This document shows positions 36,887 to 46,893 of a DNA stretch of 64,000 nucleotides, in pieces. The notes beneath the pieces were generated by a model that was given only the letters and a program-made list of their open reading frames with translations, ran no database searches and was not told where the DNA came from. Source of the DNA: Ophelia neglecta (taxonomy: Eukaryota); contig OZ260662.1 in the NCBI GenBank assembly GCA_965285935.1, positions 104,098,001 through 104,162,000 of the forward strand, read 5' to 3'. Position 1 is the stretch's first letter; the number at the start of each line of letters is the position of its first letter. A program made the position numbers and the translations under genes.

Positions 36887-37159
36887 GGAACTCATCGTTT
36901 GGTCTACATTCATGAGTGACATAAAGAAACTCATCGTTTTGTCTACATTCATGAGTGACATAAAGGAACTTATCGTTTTGTCTACATTCATGAGTGACGT
37001 AAAGGAACTCATCGTTTTGTCTACATTCATGAGTGACATAAAGGAACTCATCGTTTTATCTACATTCATGAGTGTCATAAAGGAACTCATCGTTTTGTCT
37101 ACATTCATGAATGACATAAAGGAACTCATCGTTTTGTCTACATTCATGAGTGACATAAA
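36887..37159. repeat. 39-bp tandem repeat, 7 units
   Basis: Units read directly; 273 bp = 7 x 39. Confidence 0.95.
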
Positions 37160-38714
37160 GGCTAGCGATGCCAATTCATGCTTCGCCCGCGATGATGGTA
37201 ACCAGTTCATAGCATGCTGCATAATCATGAAGTAGTCACGAATTCTTTTCGTGTAGTAGCAGAAGAAGGGAGACATGTTGTCAGTTATTGTCCAAAACAC
37301 TTCAATTAGTTGGATAGTTATAGCACTCAGTAAGCCTATGACCTATCATGTCCCGACAATTGTCCACACAAAAGAGACAGCGTCTCAGAAGACTAAACAG
37401 ACCCACGTACTCTATAACATTAGGCGAATATTATCATATGACTTTAATTCAGTATTATGAGATTTTTCTGCCTTTTGCCTCCATGCCCCCCCCCCCACCC
37501 CCCACCCCACCCCCTACCCCGCTGCCTCATCCTCATCCCACCATAGTCAAAGCTCCCTAACCGCTCACATGCGGGGCAGTCTGCCTTCTTCATTCGACCT
37601 CCATTGCAAGGCGCCAACTCCCCCCCCCCCTGTTTCTCCATGGTTACCTACCCCCCCCCCCCCTCCCGCCTTCGCCCAAGGTATCTAAAAAGACGCAAGT
37701 TAGTCTAGTGTCATATGTCTATATGAAACGTAGGCCAAAATACAGGTGGAATAGTCTGCAAATGCATCATAGTATCACGGCATTATTCATAACTAACCGA
37801 CAGAACATGACTCAGAGTAGACAATGCAACTATTATGCAGTTATGAAAATATCAATATTAAAATAAGGAACGTTCGAAAATATGTCAATTAATTTCTGAC
37901 TTAAAACCTCACCAGACTAACGTAGCTATCTATGAATTCATCCAGAGAAACATGTGGCGTCGATCATGATATGCCTTAATTCTAACTGGCTCAATTCTAT
38001 TCTACATTGAGTATGGACAAATAAACAGCATACATATAAAGGCTATTCGAATTCGGGGTTGCGCTGTAACACAATCTTGCACCGTCACCCACGTGACCGG
38101 CCGCTCCCAGTGAACGTCAGAGCAGCAATGATGAACGGACCGCGCCGGGCTACAGGACGCTTAACACAAACAGCCATCCAGACGGCTTGATCTGATAGGA
38201 AAAACCGTCTGCTAGGATCAGCTTGTACATGATCCTGCCTCGATAGTTTGAGATTTTAGATTATGTTTTCCAATTTGAATATTTAAAATATGCAGATCTT
38301 CAATATATTGTTATTTGAATCCATGTACATTGTCGAGCATACATTTTTGCTGTTGCTGGCGCACACCCGACACTGGCACATCCCTTCACGGGCCATTACA
38401 CAATTTAAATAATATAATACGTAGATCTATACTATTTTTTGATACTAACACCGTGCTTGCGTGTCGTAATGTAACAGCGACACGAGTTCTTAACCCTGGA
38501 TATCATACACCTGCTACATCTAAAGAACTTCAACCGATCAGAACTGCGCGTGGTAGGGCTCCCATACACATCGACTTTCCCCGACTTTCCACAGACCTAG
38601 TGGGAGTCTTCATAACATCGAGTTATCAACTTCCAGGTAAGCTTGTCTGGAGAGCTCACGGGGGTTTCTCTTGCTATTTCAGCTATTAGTGTGTACATTG
38701 CTCGTCTTGCACAG

Positions 38715-38917
38715 GGAGTCTCCGTGGTCCAGTGGGTAGCGTGCTGGACCTCTGACCTCCAAGGTCTGAGTTCGAACCCAGCTTGAGAGGGCTGTTTTCA
38801 ACCTAACCTTGTGTCGGGGGAGTGATTCATCAGACCTTCGCCTCATCTTTCCAAGAGACTCCCTGTCCCGATATGACCTCTCAAGTGTTGAAAGGGACGT
38901 TAAAACCCAAACATTTA
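38715..38917 (+). mobile_element. tRNA-derived SINE with 10-bp TSD
   Basis: A-box-like TGGTCCAGTGG, B-box GAGTTCGAACC, 3' end TGTTGAAAGGGACGTTAAAACCCAAACATTTA. TSD TCTTGCACAG at 38705-38714 and 38918-38927. Empty site in the paralog at 7635-7644. Confidence 0.88.
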
Positions 38918-39818
38918 TCTTGCACAGACGAGAGTGGACGCATTGTTCATTGTTTCGATCAAAATGAATTTGTATATTTGTTTCTAACTTATATCTCTTT
39001 ATATGCTATTCAGTCTGGACCTAATTGTCAAGTACAGTCAGAGATGCTTATACCAAGAGATTGGAATCGGGTTTTTCTTATACATTGCGCAAATCGTAAT
39101 AGGTTATTCGCACACGAGCTCACGCTGTACGCAGGATTTTGTGCGCGAATTTTCGAGAGCCGCTATTATGTTGCGGATGTATGTTACATCTTTTTGTAAG
39201 CGAAGCGAGACTCTTATAGTAAAGTGCATGTGTATGGTATGTAAAACAAGCCTGTTTAGCAGATAATCTTAAATGTTATGCTGTCTTTACTAATAAAAAT
39301 AACGAGATCCAAAAGCAGAAAAAGAAGTTTTAGCGTCTCACGGTCTGCAATTATCATGTGTGATAGCCCACGTCTCAAATTTCTGCAATTTTGTTTTTAA
39401 GCTTTAGTATGTCGCTACAAATAGCAAAAAAGGAGAAAGCTCGCGATGGGAGGCGATCCTGCTATCTTTGCATGCGGAAAAGATGTGCATACGCTTTAAC
39501 TTACAGCCATTTTGTACTCTGCAATGTTAAGATTTACATAGAACATAAACAATAGAACGTGGTCACATAACATACAGTTATTTTATTGATTTTTATATGC
39601 AGACGTACTTCTGTTTATACAAAAATATCTATTTGATACAGGACTATGTAAGTAGAGAATTTATACTATACTGTTGTACCTGTAAAGGGTTTGTTGGAAG
39701 GGGGCCCATAGGATGAAAATAAGGGAAGTGAACGGGTCTTTATACCAATGATTTTCAATGATTCTAGTTTATGTGATACTATTCAAAAACTGTAGTAACC
39801 TCTATATGACCTTATATA

Positions 39819-42800
39819 TATATATAGCTTTTATTCCTCCACTTTCTGGAGAGTACATTTTTATCATGCAATACATAAATAGGCAGCTACATATGTGCAT
39901 TATATACAATCATATTTACAACGACCGCACCTCTGAGGTGTGCTATGTACATATATATTTACAATACATATTACTACGATAATATAAGGGGTATGAATCA
40001 GTGTACAGGGATTTACAGTTAGTTTACACCTCAACCTGTAGACCGTTACAGGAGCATTATCACTCAATATGACCTCTCAAACGGCGGCTGTACATTTCAT
40101 GGAGGGTATACAGGACTTGAGTTCAATAGGACCTGAGGTATGATTCACAGGTAAGTAAGACAGCACAAGGATCGTCATAGGGACCGATGTCAGTAATACA
40201 TTTCTCAAGGTAAGTAAAAATGTGCATTCTTTCATGTCTTAAGACCTCACATTTCAGCAGGAAGTGCTCCAGGTCATCACCCCGGCAACCGCAGAGCGGG
40301 CACCAATCGCCAGTAGACTCCAAGTATCTCCCGGAATGGGCATAGAGGACAGATGTTTTTGTGGCAAGCTTGAAAATAATCTGAGTTCCTTTTATTGCCC
40401 GCATATCTCGCGCACATCTCCACCACTCATTGCCTTTATAATTTGGCATCATCTGCCGATACACCTTAAGTTTTGAGCTCAGCACACATTCAACCTTCCA
40501 GGATTGTTCCAGGACACGGAGTGAGAGATTTCGAGCATGTGCCCTCCACTGTTCCTTCTTAGGGGTAATTCCTGTTCGTAACCATAACCAGAGCTCACGA
40601 AGGATTCCATACTTTGAGAATGTTTCGACCATAAGTCCGATGGGACTGTCAACCACAAACGTTCCTCGAACTGAGTATCTAGAGAGAGTCCTAATGGCCA
40701 ATGATCTGTAGATACAGTCGCAATCAAAGCTGAGCAAATCTCGCATAACTTTGAGTCTTTGTAAGTCCAGGAATGACTCTACTGTTCTCCATCCTATATT
40801 CGCCAAAACAGCCGCATTGCAGGTGTTAGGTGACAAGTTCTGTATAAGCCTGGAGAATCGTCTATGCTCCTTTTCCAGGCGCTCCAACTGCGCAGTTGTC
40901 AGGTTTACCAGTTCCAATCCATACAGAAATCCAGGTATTACAATAGACCAGTATAGTTTAGATAGTGTCCTGGTATTAAACAGACCATGGGACGTCCCAG
41001 CTGCCATGAGTGCGCACAGTGTCCGACTAGCCTTCTCTGCCCTCTGACGGAGGAGCGCCGACATGGCGTGTGATGAGACAGCAAGCGGGACACCTAGATG
41101 GACAGCACAGTCTTTCACAGGTATTTGTCCGGGCTCCAGAAAGCAAGCATGGCTTTCGAGGCTATCTTGCTTGGCTCCAAGACATAGCATCTCACATTTC
41201 TTAACGTTATACTTCAGGCGCCACTTGTTGCTGTATAAGCTGGCAATATCAAGCAGCTGCTGCATTCGGCTGTGGTCGATTGCGAGCAGGGAGACATCAT
41301 CCGCAAAACCCGGGCACGACATATCCATTCCTAGAACATGTGCTCCTAAATGACTCCTGGTTATCTCAACAAATAAATCATTGTAGAAAAGTAAAAACAA
41401 CAGCATCGAGAGCGGTCCTCCTTGGTGCAGTCCCTGTAATGTTTTAAACCAGCCGGATAGTCCGTTTCCAACTCTCACACAGCACATAAAGTCAGTATAC
41501 CAGTTTCGCATCAACCGGAGACTACCACCTCTTATTCCCATGTCGTACAGCTTGAAAAGTAGCCCGTTCACCCAGACACTATCAAACGCTTTCTGACAGT
41601 CTAACATAGCCACATACACTACATTATTTTCATCCAGCAGTTCGTATACTGTCTGTCGGAGCAAAAGGGCGGTGTGTTTGCTTGAGCAATTGCCCTGAGC
41701 TGCACCCTGAAGGCTGTTTATGAGGCATTTTTCCTTTGCAAAATCCTCGAGCCTCCGTCTCAAAAGACCTTCCATGACCTTACCCAAGACTGGTAATAAG
41801 CTGATCCTTCTATAGCTGTCTTTATTGCGGGGGTTTTTGTTTCCGCCTTTGAACACAGGTATCTCGATTGCCCTTTTAAACGCCCGTGGGATATGTTCCA
41901 ACTTCACAATTGCGTTATAGAGGGCAGTCAAAATTTCCATTGTTTTACCACCGCCATACTTTAGATGTTCTGCAGACATGTTGTCATATCCAGCTGCTTT
42001 TCCCATTTTTGCACGCTTGACGGTTGCCGTGGTTTCCTCTACTGTGAATGGCTTCCCGAATACTTCACACTCCTCGGGGTTATCCTCGGTAAGGTAAGTT
42101 TTCAGTTTTCTTTCAACACTGTCTTTAAATGCATCAACAAAGTTAGCATCCTGAGAAGGCGAGGTAAGTGTACGGAAATATTCACACCAATCTTCTTTAA
42201 TTTCATGAATGTCTGTGAGGAGGCGACCATCATCATTTTCGATCAGATTGACTTTGGATCCCACCCTCGGCTTACGTCTCTGGTTTACAAGTCGCCAGTA
42301 ATGGTCTTGTGTCAACTCGCCCGATTTGATAATTTCCTCCTGTTCCCGGTCGTCATGATCATGACAAGCTCTTCTCCTCTCCTTTCTATATTCTGATTTG
42401 GCCATTTTATAATTACGGTATAGTAGATTCATTGGGTCTCGTGGTCTGCCGGCTTCCACCCACTTTTGAAAATGCTCTTGTTGATGTTTCTTAGCTTTCT
42501 TTACACAATCATTCCAGTAGGGTTTTAACCATTTCCTATATTGTATTTTCGGAATAGATTTTTCTGCTTCAAGGGTTAGTATATTTGTTAGTTTTTCAAC
42601 ACAATCTTCAAGGTCTTGGCTTCTCAGTAGTTTGGGTGTAACGTGTCCTAAGTGTATATCAAAGTCACATTCTATTGCTTTTGCTACCTTGGATGTGTAA
42701 GTACGACTTATATCTTGGTCTGTGATCCCTCGCCAGTTCAGTCTAGTCAGGCCCACTTCCTCTACATGTAACATTTTCTCACACGTATTAGTACATATGT

Positions 42801-42845
42801 CAAGCAGCATGGGCAGATGATCAGATGTTATTTCAACTTCGTCCT
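39819..42845 (-). mobile_element. 5'-truncated non-LTR retrotransposon (end of APE + RT + C-terminal Cys/His knuckle), RTE-X/CR1-like (clade tentative), 9-bp TSD
   Basis: ORF part 42845-40123: SDHLP, YRRISLL, LDCQKAFDSV, QGLHQGGPLS, FADD, CPLC...HFLLKC. AATAAA + (TA)n tail. TSD CCTTATATA at 39810-39818 and 42846-42854. Empty sites at 8152-8160 and 52152-52160. Confidence 0.93.
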
Positions 42846-43377
42846 CCTTATATAATTGTAATATTGTATTGATAACCTTCGTGAATTTTCCGTTTACTTT
42901 TCCTGAACAGCCGCTTTTATCCCAGTGTCTGGTATATTCCAGGACGTCATAACCAAATTGCTTCATCGAATGTTTGTGACAGGCCCTTATGCAAAATGGC
43001 CGCCGCTGAAATGTTGCTAAGATGGGCCTTCTGCGTTCAAATATTAATATATATATATATATATATCTTTATTCCTCCATAAATGAAGAGTATGCTACAG
43101 TAAAGCAAACAAATATTCTGACTGCCACCAATATATAGGAGAAACATAACTATAAATAAATAAGGCCATACACACATTAAGAACACAAAAGCTGACCATA
43201 AACTTAAGTTAATAATACATAATAATATATAATAAAGCCTATTCTTTTTGTTTTGACATAAAAGGAGATATCAAGTAGTGCCACTACGGTATATAACTTA
43301 CTTCTGTATACTAATTTCTACTGTGCAGTCGTTCAGTTAGAGCTCTAGTCATGATCATTAATTTACTTTAATAGGAA

Positions 43378-46300
43378 TTATACTGTCCGTTTGAAACAGA
43401 GTGGTTTGCACACTGAGCAGTTCCAGATATGGCTAGAAATGTTCCGCCAAGACTTAATGTTCCAGTTCATAAATAGTTCATGCTCTTCCGCTGTAAACAT
43501 GGCTGAGCAGTCACCAAGACAATACCTCACTAGTTGCTCATCATCACAACTGTTTAACAGTACTTCGACCCACACTGGTAGGGAGCTAAGTCCGACCTCC
43601 CAGAATACTTCGCGTTCACAGCTGTATCGCGAACACGAGCACATCATGTGTACGAGCAAGTCACTGTACGGCCGTTGGCATAAATAGCATGTTCCCGGAA
43701 TATTCGCTGGGACCGTATACAGTTTTGCGAAGTCCATGACTGATTTCAATTGATTGATGTGGGTTCTTCCATAGGACCATATTCCGGCGTATTTAGTTCC
43801 TTCTTGAGTCTGGGAAACTCGTATATGTCTCCATCTTTCTAGGGTGGGCTCGTGTACGATTGTCGTTACACTCTCGTACTTCTTAATCACATCCTTTACT
43901 ATCTGAGACCATATGCGTCGTTCCGGGAAGTGCCCATTTTCCAGGAACTCAGTGATGTGGTCTTTTAAGTCATACTTCTCAAGACAATTGAAAACATCTG
44001 GAATGAAACCTGTCTGGTTTCCATTAACACCACTTCCCATTACAAATATCCACAGGCGAACAAGGAAAATCACTTTCGTCGTGGCTTTATGGTTCAACCT
44101 ACACAGTCGTCCGAAGAAGCGCAGCTTCTGGGCATCAAGATGCGAGTCAACGGAACTCCATCCCAGCATTCCAAGGGCTATTTCTGTTCTGGTAGTTGGG
44201 TGAAAATTTTGAATATTTTTTGCACATTTCCGGTGGCTTATTTCGAGCAGTTTTTTATCACTACCATTCAAACTGTTCCATAATTCACATCCATAGAAGG
44301 CACTAGCTCTCACCGTCGTATTGTAAATTTTGGACATTGTCGCCGGTGTCGCTCCAAGTCTTCGCATCATGGCCAATTGACTTTGCATTTTCAGCCCTGC
44401 TCGTTTCACACTCCCATCTAGATTGAAAGTGTCGTTCAATAGTACCCCTACGTGCACTTCTTCGCTCGACTGTGGTATTTCCACTCCATCCATTTCTAAC
44501 TTTGCCAATATCCTCTTCTTTTTTCCACTAAATATCATTAACTTGGACTTGGACGGGTTAAAAGTGAATCTCCATTTCCTTGAGTATCTGTCGCATAGGT
44601 CGACCATCCGTTGGAGATTATGGGGGCTATCTGCCATAAGCACAACATCGTCCGCTTGGGTTGGGCATCCAACAAAATGACCCTCTACCGACAAGCCAAA
44701 CCCCGATTTCTCCAGTTCCCATAACATGCCGTCATAGTGAGCCATGAAATACCATGGACCCCACACCGAACCCTGAAACACAGACTGTAGTATCGGGAAT
44801 TCTCCCGACGGAACTCCGTTCAACAGTACTTGATTTCGTCTACTCGAATAAGAGTCAACTACTAGTCTCCAGTACTTTCCACGAACACCAAGCTTATGAA
44901 GCTTCGAAAACAAGCCCTGATGCCAAACGGAGTCAAACGCCGTAGCAGAGTCCAACATACACGTGTAGACGGAGGATCCCCTTTCTGTGAAGTGTCTGAT
45001 GCTCTCTTGGAGCGTGAAAGACGTCATTAAGCTACAGTGTTTTTCCTGGTAAGCGTTTTGCAGGGGGTGTGGAAAGTTTAAATTATGTTTCTGTGTCCAA
45101 TTTATAAATCGTTGTAGAGTGACCCTCTCCCATAGCTTATAAACTACTGGCAGGAGAGTTATCCCCCTGTGATTTTTCCGATCATCGCTGTGTTTGCGCG
45201 AGCCTTTAAACACGGGAATGATTTGTCCTAACTTCATATTATTTGGCGTTTTTCCGGTGTCATACATTGTGTTGAACAGCCTACACAACACTGTCACTAG
45301 TGCTGCTCCGGCATACTTCAAGTGTTCGTTTTGTAAGCCGTCGTGACCAGGTGCCTTCCCTCTTTTGAGCTTCCATATTGCTTGCCTGACTTCTTCCTCA
45401 TTTAACGGCTCTCCCAAAATCGGATCGTCTTCTGTTTCAGTTAGCGTATGTAAAGCTTCAAACTCTCTTGCTACATGATCTTCATTATCTTTCCTAAATT
45501 TCGGATTATCCTTCGGGGTGTAAAGTTCTGCAAAATGCTCTCTCCATGCTATGGCCATATCCTCTGCGTCTCTTATCACCTTTTCACCAATTCTGAGTTC
45601 ATTCACTATTTTCCCAGCCTGTTTTTGACTACTTTTCAGTAGGCAATATAACTTCTTTTGGTCTGTTTCCGCTGCTACTTCAATTTCCGTTTCTACATCA
45701 TATCTCATTTTGTTTTCACACTGGCGTCTCAGGAGTCTGTATTTGCGTTTTTCATTTTTATACGCGACATACGAGGCGAACTGCTGACCTCGAGGTCGTC
45801 CTTCTGAGTCCCAAGTCTTCTTGGCAGCCCTCATCTTGTCCTGAATATCCGGAAGACCACTTCCCCGCCAGTATGGCTTGGTAATAGAATATGGTCTAGT
45901 AATTGGCAATGAACACTTCGCGGCTTTGTAAAGAGAGTCTACTATTTGTTTGTACAGCCTCTTGGTCAATTCTTCGTCCGCTCCATTAAGTTGATTGATA
46001 TTTATCTGAGTGATAAGTTCATTTGCTTTTGCTCCATAAGAAGAATAAATTTCCTGCACAGACAGTCTATTCCAGGCATATCTCACAGAAAGCTTTACTG
46101 GCTGCACTTTAGAGATTGGTTCAGTCTTCATTATAACTATAACTGGATTGTGGTCGCTTACATTCATACAATGTTCAGACGTAACCTGACAGTTCGTAAT
46201 AGTGTCCATCTTAGTTTTGCTAATGAGAATGTGGTCTATTATGCTCTGAAATTCACAGTTAGCACCTTGACTAAATGTGTAGGTTGGTCCGGAACATTGG

Positions 46301-46890
46301 TTCACAACTGCCAGGGACAGAAAGTCATTTCTTTGAACGAATCTTTCTAGTTCACTGTCCCTATGATTGCCTGAGCGGACACGACTCCTGTGTCCATTGA
46401 GCTGAGCGTTTAAATCACCCATGATTATGACTTCACTGTATGCTTGATATTCTAAGGTGAGTATTTCAAGTTCATTTAATGCCTCATTAAACTGAGCACT
46501 CCCAGCATTTGACGAGGGAAGGTATGCCGACAACAAGGTAAGACACGTATTTCGGGTAAGACACAATTGTACACCAATAATTCGATCACTTGATGGTAAA
46601 CGCCTTATATTGCTTGATAATTCTTTCTTCCACATTATGGCCACCCCACCTTTCCCACGTTTATATGGGTCAACAATGTTTAGGTCATCGTCTGAAATTC
46701 CAAAGGATTCATAATGTTCATGGATGCTGGCTAGAAAGTCTACTCCATTGGGAAATAGCCAATGTTCTGATATTGACAATATGTCTATATTGGCTGTATT
46801 CAATAGATGGAGCATGTAAGGCGCGTTACGCATGGCCCCCTGACAATTAAAAGTGGCCAGGGTTAATTCAGTTCTATTTATTATAGCCAT
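43378..46890 (-). CDS. LINE ORF2: apurinic-type endonuclease + reverse transcriptase, 1170 aa
   Basis: APE motifs TFNCQG, ISEHW, GKGGVAI, MGDLNA, IDHI, SDHNP; RT motifs HRGITLL, LDSATAFDSV, QGSVWGP, QADD; C-terminal CYLC...HMMCSC. Confidence 0.95.
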   Translation of the reverse strand: MAIINRTELTLATFNCQGAMRNAPYMLHLLNTANIDILSISEHWLFPNGVDFLASIHEHYESFGISDDDLNIVDPYKRGKGGVAIMWKKELSSNIRRLPSSDRIIGVQLCLTRNTCLTLLSAYLPSSNAGSAQFNEALNELEILTLEYQAYSEVIIMGDLNAQLNGHRSRVRSGNHRDSELERFVQRNDFLSLAVVNQCSGPTYTFSQGANCEFQSIIDHILISKTKMDTITNCQVTSEHCMNVSDHNPVIVIMKTEPISKVQPVKLSVRYAWNRLSVQEIYSSYGAKANELITQININQLNGADEELTKRLYKQIVDSLYKAAKCSLPITRPYSITKPYWRGSGLPDIQDKMRAAKKTWDSEGRPRGQQFASYVAYKNEKRKYRLLRRQCENKMRYDVETEIEVAAETDQKKLYCLLKSSQKQAGKIVNELRIGEKVIRDAEDMAIAWREHFAELYTPKDNPKFRKDNEDHVAREFEALHTLTETEDDPILGEPLNEEEVRQAIWKLKRGKAPGHDGLQNEHLKYAGAALVTVLCRLFNTMYDTGKTPNNMKLGQIIPVFKGSRKHSDDRKNHRGITLLPVVYKLWERVTLQRFINWTQKHNLNFPHPLQNAYQEKHCSLMTSFTLQESIRHFTERGSSVYTCMLDSATAFDSVWHQGLFSKLHKLGVRGKYWRLVVDSYSSRRNQVLLNGVPSGEFPILQSVFQGSVWGPWYFMAHYDGMLWELEKSGFGLSVEGHFVGCPTQADDVVLMADSPHNLQRMVDLCDRYSRKWRFTFNPSKSKLMIFSGKKKRILAKLEMDGVEIPQSSEEVHVGVLLNDTFNLDGSVKRAGLKMQSQLAMMRRLGATPATMSKIYNTTVRASAFYGCELWNSLNGSDKKLLEISHRKCAKNIQNFHPTTRTEIALGMLGWSSVDSHLDAQKLRFFGRLCRLNHKATTKVIFLVRLWIFVMGSGVNGNQTGFIPDVFNCLEKYDLKDHITEFLENGHFPERRIWSQIVKDVIKKYESVTTIVHEPTLERWRHIRVSQTQEGTKYAGIWSYGRTHINQLKSVMDFAKLYTVPANIPGTCYLCQRPYSDLLVHMMCSCSRYSCEREVFWEVGLSSLPVWVEVLLNSCDDEQLVRYCLGDCSAMFTAEEHELFMNWNIKSWRNISSHIWNCSVCKPLCFKRTV

Positions 46891-46893
46891 GTC

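Larger units (their letters stand above)
36863..43049 (+). repeat. Left copy of a ~3.15-kb host duplication (36863-39818 + 42855-43049), interrupted by the truncated LINE
   Basis: Collinear and near-identical to 49200-52355 with scattered SNPs. Confidence 0.93.

Noticed and set aside
36878-37300. ORFs with repeated MSLMNVDKTMSSF / MSDIKELIVLSTF on both strands (also at ~6.0 and ~49.2 kb)
   Set aside because: A 39-bp unit keeps frames open by construction; unit number varies among copies and one copy is frameshifted.
38315-38689. 124-aa ORF identical at 50651-51025
   Set aside because: Identity reflects the recent 3.15-kb duplication; TTG start, disrupted in the 7.3-kb paralog, no recognisable domain.
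38715-38790. tRNA gene
   Set aside because: A and B boxes are present but there is no acceptor-stem pairing; it continues into a SINE body bounded by a TSD.
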